From a virus (taxonomy: Duplodnaviria; Heunggongvirae; Uroviricota; Caudoviricetes), in the IMG/VR virus record IMGVR_UViG_3300049597_000059: DNA of 64,000 bases. One strand, 5' to 3'. A program made the position numbers and the translations under genes. The notes beneath the pieces are model-generated. The model was given only the letters and a program-made list of their open reading frames with translations, searched no databases and was not told the origin of the DNA. Each line of letters starts with the position of its first letter. Positions within the stretch are counted from its first letter, which is position 1. Of the stretch, positions 40,901 through 48,605 are shown piece after piece.

Positions 40901-43900
40901 TCATCAGTACAAATGATGGTGAGAAGGCTTGGGGTGCATTTGAAAAAGGTGTGGCTAAGTTCTATAAGTCAGCTGCTAGAGGTACAGAATACCATGAGGT
41001 ATTTGAGGGTATATGGAAAGCTTTCCTTACAGAAGAACAAAGACAAGCTATATTAGATGAGTTTAAATCTAAGCCTGGTACATTTACAGATAGACAATCT
41101 GGTAAGAAGATTGCTTATGACCAAGCTACAGATAAGCAAGCTAAAGAAAGAATAGCTGATGACTTTGCTGATTTCAAGGTGGGTAAACTTCCTGCTAGAA
41201 GTATTGGTGAAAGAATCCTAAACTTCTTTAGAAACATTATTGAGTTTGTTAAACAGTTTGTAAACAAACCTACACAAAAGCAAGAGTTATTCAAAGCTAT
41301 TGAGGCAGGTAAGTTTAAAGAAATGACTGTTCCAGATAGTGTTAAGAATGACATGTCTGAGTACAGAGCTGTTGAAGGATTAAGTGAAAGACAAACACAT
41401 GAGTTTGTTCAGGATATTACAGCTAGGTCTTTCCAAATTATGTTTGGAACTAATACATCTTTGTACAATCCAGAAAAACTTACAGCTCCTGATATATTTA
41501 ACCAAGTTAAAAGTCAATATGCTGAAGAAGGCAAGTTGGAACTATTAGGTGAAAACGCTTGGAATCAATTAGTTAATAAAACAAAAGAGTTCTTACGTAC
41601 ATTTAAACTTGAGTTTGATGAGAATCAAAGTATTAGTATTAATGATGAGAACGTAAATAAAAATGATTACGCTCCTGAACCATTCTCTACAGATTGGAAG
41701 AAGAGTTCTTCGTTTGCTATCAAGTTACTTATTGGTACATTAACTGAAACCACACCAAGTAATCAAGAGAACGCAAGTAGTATGGCTCTCCCTGCTCAGA
41801 AACTATCTGATGTAATGGGATACAAGTTATTAAACTTTACTAGATCATTTGCTACAGTGCTAGATAAACTAGCTAATACAACAAAGGTTACTTCTGTTGT
41901 AGATAAGCTGATTGACCTTGCTAAATATGATAGCAACTATGTACGTCTATTCACTCGTGTGGGTGGTAATAGAAACAACATGGTTATTGACTTCTCTAAA
42001 TTTGAAGCACAGGATTGGAGATTGTTTGTTAACTTCTATCAAACATTCACCAAGCAAAAGCCTGATGCACTTATTCAATACGTTAGTGGAGATGAGGTGT
42101 ATACAGGATCTGCTAACCTATACACTGCTGCTAACTCAGTTAAAGAAGGTTGGATAGAGAACATGAAAGCTTTATCTAAAGTGGAAGGTTCTTTAATTAG
42201 CTATAACAGTGGTACAAAGACTTACAAAGTTGGAGACTTAACTAATGTGTCAAATAAGACTCCTGAAGAGATGATAACATTCCTAGGTAATCTAGGTATT
42301 GAATTCCCTATGGAAGTCTATTCAAAGTTAAAGACTGTTCAAAAGAATAAGTTTGCTAACGCTATTGGTGGATTGATTATTTCTCTTAGAGGAAAGAACG
42401 ATATATTAAGCGTTACAGGTAAGGTGTTAGACATCAATGGTCCATTGAGTCTCATCTCTGAACTATATGTAAAGGTGACCAACCCTAACATTGATGCTAC
42501 TTATTTTAACGTTGAGAACAGAAGAACAAACGCATTCTCAGAAAACAATGCTCCTTCTTTATTTGAGAACTTATTTAATGAAGCAAATACATTAGATGAG
42601 CTTCTTGAAGCTAGACCAGAGCTTAAAGATATTTTCTCTGCAAGTAGCCAAGTGTTAAAGAAGGGTGGATTATTCTTTGATGAAGATGGTAATAGAATTA
42701 GATCTATAAAGGTTAGTTACATCCAGGGAACTAAGCTTGTAGATGAGAATGATGGTACAGCTACTAGTAGATTAACTGAAGGAGAAAGATTTACACAAGA
42801 GTTTAACCAAAACCTTAATGGTAACTACTATGTACTTATTCCTGCAGATGGTTCTACAGAGTGGATGATGAACCTAGGTAACAACGTTCGTTTCTCAGCA
42901 TTTGAAAACGGAACAGCTTGGGGTAAGGTTTATACAACCTTTAAAGGATATTTAAAAGATGAGATCAACTTAGCACTAACTGCTGCTAGTAGAACTCAAC
43001 TTATGAATGTAGGAAACAAAGCTTCTGAGCTTCGCTTCTTCAATGATATTCTTTCTAAAGATACGTTAGCTAGCATCAATAACTTGATTGCTAAAGAGGC
43101 ATCTGAAGAAGAAATCAACGCATTCATTGAAGCTAATATAGGAGACATCAACAAGTCTATTAAGGATTACATTGATGGTGTATCTGATGTTACATTTAAA
43201 ACACTTGCTGCAAACGGAGAGATCTATGTAAACACTAAGGGTGAATACTCTTATCCTAAACTAGATGATGTATTTGCAAAAGCAGAGAAGTTTAATAAGT
43301 TTAAGCTTTCTGAGAAAAAGTTAAACAATATTATAAGTTTTGCTAATGCGAACTATATAATCAACAACATAGAATACCACAAAATCTTATTTGGTGATCC
43401 ATATCAATTTAAGATTAAAGATAACATCCTAGATGAAACTAAGCGTATCAAGTCTTTCTTATCTCCTAGAAGAACTACATTTGATAGCCCAGACTATAAT
43501 ACATTCCTTAATCAGGAACTAAATAAAGCTGGAGAGATTGAATTGAATGAGGGAGATCCAGGATTCCAGAAGTTCAAACCTTACACCAACACTATTACAT
43601 TGAAGGATGTAAAGGTGTTAGGTAGATTATTAGGTGAGACTAATGAGGCTGATGCTGCTTCTTATTTAATGGATGGTACATATAAAGAAGTTAAGTTAAA
43701 GAATGGTCAATGGTCTGATGAGGCTGAAGCTTGGCACCAATGGCAAATGGCTTACACTAGAAATAAAATGGCTGCCAAGGGTGATTACACTTATACTAAT
43801 GATTCATTAAGAGCTCAGGATGAGAAGACTATATCTAAACCAGAACCACTATATATTACAGAGGTGTTGAAACCTATTGTAACTGGTAACAAGTATGGTG

Positions 43901-46900
43901 CTACACAGTTTGATCTAGTGTTAGATAAGTTCTCTCAACTACCTCTATACTATAAGGCTATAGAAGGAACTAACCTAGAGAAGCTTTATGTTAAGATGAT
44001 GAAGGAAGATGTGGGCTATGTTATATTTGAGTCTGGCAGAAAGGTGGGCACTGAAACATTGTACAGTTTGTATAATGGAGATGGTAGCTTAAACGATGGT
44101 GGATTTGATAACAAGATACAAGTTCCTTGGAGTGCTTACGGTATTCAAGTGGAGAATAGCTATGAAGGATCTAAGCAACAAACTCGTGGTTCTCAGCCTA
44201 CTAAACTTGCTAGCTTAAACCTATTTAACAATGGTGTAGCTACAAGTCCTGAAGCTGCTAGTGAGTATGCTCGTAACAAAGAGATATTAGATAGGATGCA
44301 CGAGAATGGATATAACGAGCTATTAAGAAAGCTTGGTATTGAAGATCTTGGTGATGGGTTTAAACTTACAACTAATGTAGACGTATCTAAACTTCTTGAG
44401 TATGAAATGCTTAGAAGAGAGATGTCTGACAATGCTAAAGATACTGTACAGTTAGATGAGAATGGTCAATTTAGAATTCCATTTGAAGCATCTAATGCCT
44501 ACGTACAGATTAGAAATATTCTTTATTCAATGGTGGATAAAGCCCTTACATCTCCTAAGATGAATGGTGGTCCTAAGGTACAGGTTCCTGTAACAGGATG
44601 GGAGAATGCAAAAGCTGGTAGAAAGATTGCTCTTAAAACAAAAGATGGATTTAAAGAAATCTCTAAAGTAGAATATAATAACCTGTCTGAAGAAGATAAG
44701 AAGAAGGTAAGATTAACAGACGACACTCTTAAGTTCTATACTAAGGACCAACCTTATTGTGAGGTGTTATTACCACACTGGTTTAAGGTGAAGTTTGGTA
44801 AGAAGTTCCCTGATGATAAAGCTCTACTTAACTATCTAAATAGTACAGCAGAAGGACGTTCTATTCTTACGGGAGTTGGTTTCCGTATTCCTACACAGGA
44901 ATTAAGTAACATTGAGGTGTTTAGAGTGAAAGGTTTCTTACCACAATCTATGGGAGATACTATTGTTGTTCCTTCTGAAATTACTACCAAGGCTGGATCT
45001 GACTTTGATATAGATAAATTAAACACTTATTTAAAGGCTACTTATTTAGATAAGAATGGTGACATCCGTCTAGTTAAATACAAAGGTTCTGAAGAAGCTA
45101 CTAAAGAGTTCTACGCTAATGTATTTAATGAAATGCTTGATAAGAAAACTGTCAAGAAGAACGAAATATTGGATGCACTATACATAATGAACAATGATGC
45201 TAGTGATCCAGAGAACTTAGTAGACAGATATTCAGGCATATTAGATGCTATGATTTCTGAGCTAGGTGATGTAAACACTACAGAAGGTCTTGAAGAAAGA
45301 CTTGCTGCAGAGCTAGATAAGTTAAGTGATGCCACTCTACAAGCTGAGTTGAAAGATAAGTATGTTAGAGACATGTATAAGAAGTCTTTAGAGAATGAAT
45401 ACTACGATTCTTTAACAAAACTTCTTACACTTCCAGAGAACTTTGAGAGATTGATTTCTCCCATAGGAGATGCTGGTTTAAAAGACTTAGCTTCTAAATT
45501 AGATAAGTTAAGAGGGTATGATGAAAGCACTATCAAGAACAGGATGCTTGATAGAAACTATCTAACTAAACTTAGACACGCATTCGTAACTGCTAAGCGT
45601 TGGGTGGGTATTGCTGCTGTAAACATCACTAACCATTCTCTTACACAAAAGATTTCTGCATATATTGATCCTAGTAAGTTTGAGCTTGTTAATGAGGTTG
45701 ATAGAAAGATATTAGGTGATGGTAAGGTGGCTCTTCCACATAATACAGTGAATGTTAACGGTGAAGAACGTATATCCTTATCTTCAATTCTAGATAAGGC
45801 TGGTAAGTATATTTCTGGTAAACTATCTGGATATGCAACAGCGTTTGTGGATGTGGCTAAAGATCCATACATCCTTAAGATTATAGGTTCTGACTTAGCT
45901 GTAGGTACATTTATGTACTTAGAAAGAATTGGTGTTCCAATTGAAACAACAGCAATGTTTATGAACCAGCCTATTATTAAGGAGTATTTAACATACTTAG
46001 ATAACACAGGAGCTAGAGGTTTATTTAACCAAAAGAACATAGATGCTGTTAAGTCTAAGTTTGTTACAACTGGAACATTGATTAACTCTGCAGGTGTTAG
46101 CGTTGACACTCTTGAAGATAACATTTCAGAATACTATTCTAAAGGAGAACTTAGTGAACCTAAGAATGCTGAGCAACATGTTATACTAAACGAGTTCTTG
46201 AAATACGCTAAGATGGCTGAGTATCTATTTAACTTTGGTCAAGCGATTAACTATGACACTACCAAGTTTAGAAGTGGTGATGCATTGTTTAAGAAGGAAA
46301 CAAGAACAGAAGTTGCTGAAGATATTAACATTATCAGTTCTGTAAATGAGTTGTTAGATGCTTCATTTATAGGTAAGCAAGCTGAGCTTATTGCTTCTTC
46401 TATGGAAGCTATGGGTGAGATATTCAAGCTTGAGAAGGATGAGTTTAGAGTTATAACTAATTCAATATTAAAGTCTTTTGCAAAAGATCAATACTTAAGT
46501 GCGGATGACTATGATAGAATTGCTAACAAACTAAAAGCTTCTCTTCTAGACTATATCATCCAAACTAAGAGTGGTTTAAACGGTGAGATTAAAGCATTGT
46601 TAGTTGATGCAGGTACATCTGTAGCTTCTCAACTAGCTGAGGCTAAGCGTAACAACCCAGGACTTACAATCTTAAACGACCTACAAGTGGTTAGTTCTGA
46701 TAGAGTGGATGGTGCTAAGAGTATTAAACTGTTAGCTAATAACAAAGATGCTTACGATGAGAACTTGTATACAGGATATATGAGAGAGCTCAGAGATAAT
46801 CCATCTACTACAGAGCTGTACAACAACATAGTTAAATTGTCTATTCTCCAGGGTACATACCAAACAGGTATATCTATAAAGAACATTATTCCTATTGAAG

Positions 46901-48591
46901 ACTATAGCAAAATCATTGCTCCAATAATAGCTCCTCTTGTATCTAATGATTCATTACTATCATTTGCTCAAGGTGCGTTCCAAAGGAACAACTGGAAGGA
47001 TGACAAGATATTTGGTAAGGTGAAGCCTAAGTTCTTCTTAGCTCAGGAGACTCCTATTGCTGTGGATATATATGATAATGACATTTACCAATACTTCTCT
47101 CCAGCTTTCCCTAACATTAAGAACTTAGGAATCAAGTCTACAGACAGAAAGATATTGTTATTGAGTGAGCGTTATAATGCAGCTAGCTTGAAATATGATT
47201 TTGTTAAGGTTCCTAGAGTGGTTGAAGATAGTTTTACAGGAACAAGAGTTAATATGACTAATGGTGAAAATGTAACCAATTCAATGTTTGCAATTAAGAA
47301 ATCTAAAGGTGACCTATCTTTAAAAGACATATACGGTTATCAAAAGGTTAAATATGCTGACGGTAGTCCAGTGATTGTGTATGATGATAAAGGAGTGGGT
47401 AGCCACGTATATAAATTAGTTAATCTATATGGTGACGGTCAATTAGCTTCTGAATACTATGAGAACAATATTCCTTCTGTATTAAACAATGGCACTGTAA
47501 AGATTGCTAATGAGATTACGGATGAAGAAATAATTGCACATTATGGTGGGCAAACTCAACCTAAAGTTGTACCTTTACAATCTATGGCAATTGGAAAACC
47601 TGAGTTCAATAAACTTCCTGCTAAAATTGGAAAGCCAACAATGACCTATGCAGGTATTGGTTCAAGACAAACTCCTCCAGAAGTTCTTAAACAAATGACT
47701 GAGGTGGCTAAACAACTTGAATCAAAAGGATATACATTAAATACAGGCATCACCTTTGGTGGTAAAGAAGAAGGAGCTGATAAAGCTTTCTCTGATGGAG
47801 CTACAAATAAAAATCTATTCTCTCCTGAGAAACAAGGATCTAGAGCTAAAGAACAAGCTATTGCTAACGAGATGCATCCTAATCCATCAGCTTTAACACA
47901 AGGTGCTTTAAAACTAATGGCTAGAAATACCAATCAAATATTTGGTGATAATCTTGATACACCTGTAGACTTTGTATTGTTCTACGCTAAAGAAACTGCT
48001 AGTATTAGACCACAAGGTGGAACAGGTCAAGCTGTAGAAATGGCTAGATTAAAGGGTATTCCTACAATCAATATGGCTAATCCTAATTGGAGAGAAGAAT
48101 TAAATGCAGCGTTAACTCAACCAACAGCTGCTCAAAGTGAACAACCGTTGAGTGCGTATGTAACTGTGGAGCAATTAGAAGCTGATAAATCTTTCTTGAA
48201 TACAGCCATAGAGTTTGTTGATGAAATCTCTACAAACAAAGATGTTCCTGTAGCAATGAGAAACTTAAACAAAGGAGAGAAAATACAAATGGTTAAAGAC
48301 CTGATGCAGAAGAAGTTTGATGATAAAGCTTGGACCAGCCCTGTTACACAGGCAGATGGTAGTAAAGCTACAGCACTTCCTGCAGAACAGTTCAAATCAT
48401 TTAACGAGTTCTTAACGTTTGCTTTGTTACATGAGAAAGCACACGAGACTATATCAAAAGTTTCTGGCGAAACAATTGGTCAGTATGAAGATAGAATCAA
48501 TGCTGCAGCGTTAAACAATATGCCTAAACCTCCTGCTGAATTTGAAGGCGATTTAGAAGGAGCTGATAACCCTAATCCTTGTGGACAATAA
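34903..48591 (+). CDS. giant polyvalent virion protein (4562 aa) with RNA polymerase-like DxDxD catalytic motif, C-terminal SLOG/DprA-like Rossmann domain and HExxH motif
   Basis: One uninterrupted ORF; GSDFDIDKLN at 45001-45018 resembles the two-barrel RNAP metal-binding loop (NADFDGD); MTYAGIGSRQTP… Rossmann-like segment at 47641-48110; LLHEKAHE at 48430-48447; Ala/Pro/Val/Thr linkers between domains. Confidence 0.55.
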   Translation: MAIFDKELIDNTSNRDYGKPEMDLRSPETRKVDVSLGGFEDFAIGGPSRSSGLTIDQLSDFSRVPTNQNTFNSPVQMIPRSELLANQRYNIYERNRDLENVAGLQQSWADQLANGVVKFAAIGGGTFLQSFGTIPNTVSALKTGKLSELSGGPDGYESKVGDWLTNIEDIFPNYYTRREKESPFLAALPFAPGSANFWGDKIIKNLGFTAGAIGGAVVQDLAIGAITGGIGEIPLVAAQIGKASLYLNKLFTGTNRLDEVLNLATQLGKTEKQILNIKRLGEVAAATKVTDGARYALNIYGSARTEAAIEARDGYKQVRENLINQYKLENLGEEPTGADAKQIEDLATNAMNTRFGINMALLTVSNAVQFGNLFKSFSNASSSGISGSLTRELEDIGKFGLKEGSIDVFESKAAKTLRGKIWESVKPKVANIFTEGVYEEGGQFAAERGTFDYYTRKYKNLNDPNNKQNWNELNEVINSTNKGLADQYGSEEGLENMFVGALSALISGGIMSRIDSVKGKGADARLQSTINMLNRYGITGMLQDNYTDTLNSAAIAKEMDTAAKSGNIFKYKNLKKDMFFNFVNSRIPSGMHDVTLEQLNMLKDLSKEEFEKTFGMDFNTSNKNTVDAYVDNLISNANKIKSTVDSLDSTFKNPFAKITDPKTPEEAVAANNHDVFNEWKTNLAYYAMVAPDANDRLSSISQTVAGVNPLINNDLLGKLTDPTSLRELSSNYEERANQLNRTITEFTSPEDKKAIKAQVKALRTSAERINLAINNRDLDMKTFNSLLNFELNNLDSTKDDVVGMERASELYGYGVDINKLIGLKRSASSILDELASESGLEKFFKEASEIASEEPPTTVPGEEEAPAAEVTPAVVPQYTNVKGKRENLELNREYEVAKLRPSKVNRLAEDRWQVISPDGTFEIYPTKEKAQEIAKDLDEEFASLAKVKIVALNEDGTAKVEDKDGNIYNIDTRKLSGFNKVESEQEKLQKVADQLGRQQQEVEKKSGIVATGNPSLETFEKEDPKKSANILYTSTTGASETWEQLAKPHQVRSRQFLNNVKNFGNRANMKIILVTPNQEESLGLKGLSELSGSTDTSVENGLVAAVYVVQSNGKNYFVDKDGKQLTEVGQPVDMNVVVFSTMPTAALYNSKGDPRFRKQEEAQAKEMSRAWTVKRAELFAAPAGTYTIYDFGVSKGVPITDRNERKFVGDNLVPQKKIATQENLIVISTTGTLAYNGENLKFPVGRPVLQYGDTLQYVDNRTFTNDEAKSIFEAIRLLSEEVQSQNTKGETIELNRLYTDFLQNVLYWRKGKDTKDNQIHIDERSMELYIGGDKYNFADIASNEAAIVSKLKGTFNNVNNESLKKTSEPFIELYFENGFLQNREWANYQSYLLSNKYPDGKNRSITDTPLSTYVNKPTDAVPYNYVRKYAILEGLDLPVQQTAPVVTPVAEAAPSADKLGEFFVNGTENTISLKEPLGETKFTATINSDGNVVAEVISNPKIQAIAATAEKAKPYLDFLKNTMGTDGKPLFDATKSVEDSILQFVALNISARLQAIKNEQAAAAPVVTTAATVTQTTPYGTEAAPAVVTSTESVDKKSGIKGTLTGQGTSLELEVIGDTGKEFLLTVDRKGNISLFSEKQSDGSYKSGEPASKEAVDKLYNKYISEKTRTAITNWLNSFTGSWAAPETQDGKNYDKAEKALNAELAALEGQPTVAVPALISPVIQSSLDMLSKAQELLNAQSKKFEKYIPAVQKYLDTKKQQLQDPKLTVEQREKIAKTIEMDMKIPIVSLNNLVLEFDTGRVEKIYINNPETKESYNFTAFFQENGERNFENNPNYAFNPDERLGQGSNYGYDIVSKNSIIPIEGLNLREAETLRHILSGADPKATQYAASGDENLGQGLLMGVIKHYFIEKAAGRMQRDYWDYLQDPRKEMREQIEAMEAQPATAPKNFGATKPPSNSEYRRVGVGGVERINDAEIEIFKRWAAENVPGIPFEILDNIISTNDGEKAWGAFEKGVAKFYKSAARGTEYHEVFEGIWKAFLTEEQRQAILDEFKSKPGTFTDRQSGKKIAYDQATDKQAKERIADDFADFKVGKLPARSIGERILNFFRNIIEFVKQFVNKPTQKQELFKAIEAGKFKEMTVPDSVKNDMSEYRAVEGLSERQTHEFVQDITARSFQIMFGTNTSLYNPEKLTAPDIFNQVKSQYAEEGKLELLGENAWNQLVNKTKEFLRTFKLEFDENQSISINDENVNKNDYAPEPFSTDWKKSSSFAIKLLIGTLTETTPSNQENASSMALPAQKLSDVMGYKLLNFTRSFATVLDKLANTTKVTSVVDKLIDLAKYDSNYVRLFTRVGGNRNNMVIDFSKFEAQDWRLFVNFYQTFTKQKPDALIQYVSGDEVYTGSANLYTAANSVKEGWIENMKALSKVEGSLISYNSGTKTYKVGDLTNVSNKTPEEMITFLGNLGIEFPMEVYSKLKTVQKNKFANAIGGLIISLRGKNDILSVTGKVLDINGPLSLISELYVKVTNPNIDATYFNVENRRTNAFSENNAPSLFENLFNEANTLDELLEARPELKDIFSASSQVLKKGGLFFDEDGNRIRSIKVSYIQGTKLVDENDGTATSRLTEGERFTQEFNQNLNGNYYVLIPADGSTEWMMNLGNNVRFSAFENGTAWGKVYTTFKGYLKDEINLALTAASRTQLMNVGNKASELRFFNDILSKDTLASINNLIAKEASEEEINAFIEANIGDINKSIKDYIDGVSDVTFKTLAANGEIYVNTKGEYSYPKLDDVFAKAEKFNKFKLSEKKLNNIISFANANYIINNIEYHKILFGDPYQFKIKDNILDETKRIKSFLSPRRTTFDSPDYNTFLNQELNKAGEIELNEGDPGFQKFKPYTNTITLKDVKVLGRLLGETNEADAASYLMDGTYKEVKLKNGQWSDEAEAWHQWQMAYTRNKMAAKGDYTYTNDSLRAQDEKTISKPEPLYITEVLKPIVTGNKYGATQFDLVLDKFSQLPLYYKAIEGTNLEKLYVKMMKEDVGYVIFESGRKVGTETLYSLYNGDGSLNDGGFDNKIQVPWSAYGIQVENSYEGSKQQTRGSQPTKLASLNLFNNGVATSPEAASEYARNKEILDRMHENGYNELLRKLGIEDLGDGFKLTTNVDVSKLLEYEMLRREMSDNAKDTVQLDENGQFRIPFEASNAYVQIRNILYSMVDKALTSPKMNGGPKVQVPVTGWENAKAGRKIALKTKDGFKEISKVEYNNLSEEDKKKVRLTDDTLKFYTKDQPYCEVLLPHWFKVKFGKKFPDDKALLNYLNSTAEGRSILTGVGFRIPTQELSNIEVFRVKGFLPQSMGDTIVVPSEITTKAGSDFDIDKLNTYLKATYLDKNGDIRLVKYKGSEEATKEFYANVFNEMLDKKTVKKNEILDALYIMNNDASDPENLVDRYSGILDAMISELGDVNTTEGLEERLAAELDKLSDATLQAELKDKYVRDMYKKSLENEYYDSLTKLLTLPENFERLISPIGDAGLKDLASKLDKLRGYDESTIKNRMLDRNYLTKLRHAFVTAKRWVGIAAVNITNHSLTQKISAYIDPSKFELVNEVDRKILGDGKVALPHNTVNVNGEERISLSSILDKAGKYISGKLSGYATAFVDVAKDPYILKIIGSDLAVGTFMYLERIGVPIETTAMFMNQPIIKEYLTYLDNTGARGLFNQKNIDAVKSKFVTTGTLINSAGVSVDTLEDNISEYYSKGELSEPKNAEQHVILNEFLKYAKMAEYLFNFGQAINYDTTKFRSGDALFKKETRTEVAEDINIISSVNELLDASFIGKQAELIASSMEAMGEIFKLEKDEFRVITNSILKSFAKDQYLSADDYDRIANKLKASLLDYIIQTKSGLNGEIKALLVDAGTSVASQLAEAKRNNPGLTILNDLQVVSSDRVDGAKSIKLLANNKDAYDENLYTGYMRELRDNPSTTELYNNIVKLSILQGTYQTGISIKNIIPIEDYSKIIAPIIAPLVSNDSLLSFAQGAFQRNNWKDDKIFGKVKPKFFLAQETPIAVDIYDNDIYQYFSPAFPNIKNLGIKSTDRKILLLSERYNAASLKYDFVKVPRVVEDSFTGTRVNMTNGENVTNSMFAIKKSKGDLSLKDIYGYQKVKYADGSPVIVYDDKGVGSHVYKLVNLYGDGQLASEYYENNIPSVLNNGTVKIANEITDEEIIAHYGGQTQPKVVPLQSMAIGKPEFNKLPAKIGKPTMTYAGIGSRQTPPEVLKQMTEVAKQLESKGYTLNTGITFGGKEEGADKAFSDGATNKNLFSPEKQGSRAKEQAIANEMHPNPSALTQGALKLMARNTNQIFGDNLDTPVDFVLFYAKETASIRPQGGTGQAVEMARLKGIPTINMANPNWREELNAALTQPTAAQSEQPLSAYVTVEQLEADKSFLNTAIEFVDEISTNKDVPVAMRNLNKGEKIQMVKDLMQKKFDDKAWTSPVTQADGSKATALPAEQFKSFNEFLTFALLHEKAHETISKVSGETIGQYEDRINAAALNNMPKPPAEFEGDLEGADNPNPCGQ

Positions 48592-48605
48592 ATAACTGAT
48601 AAACA

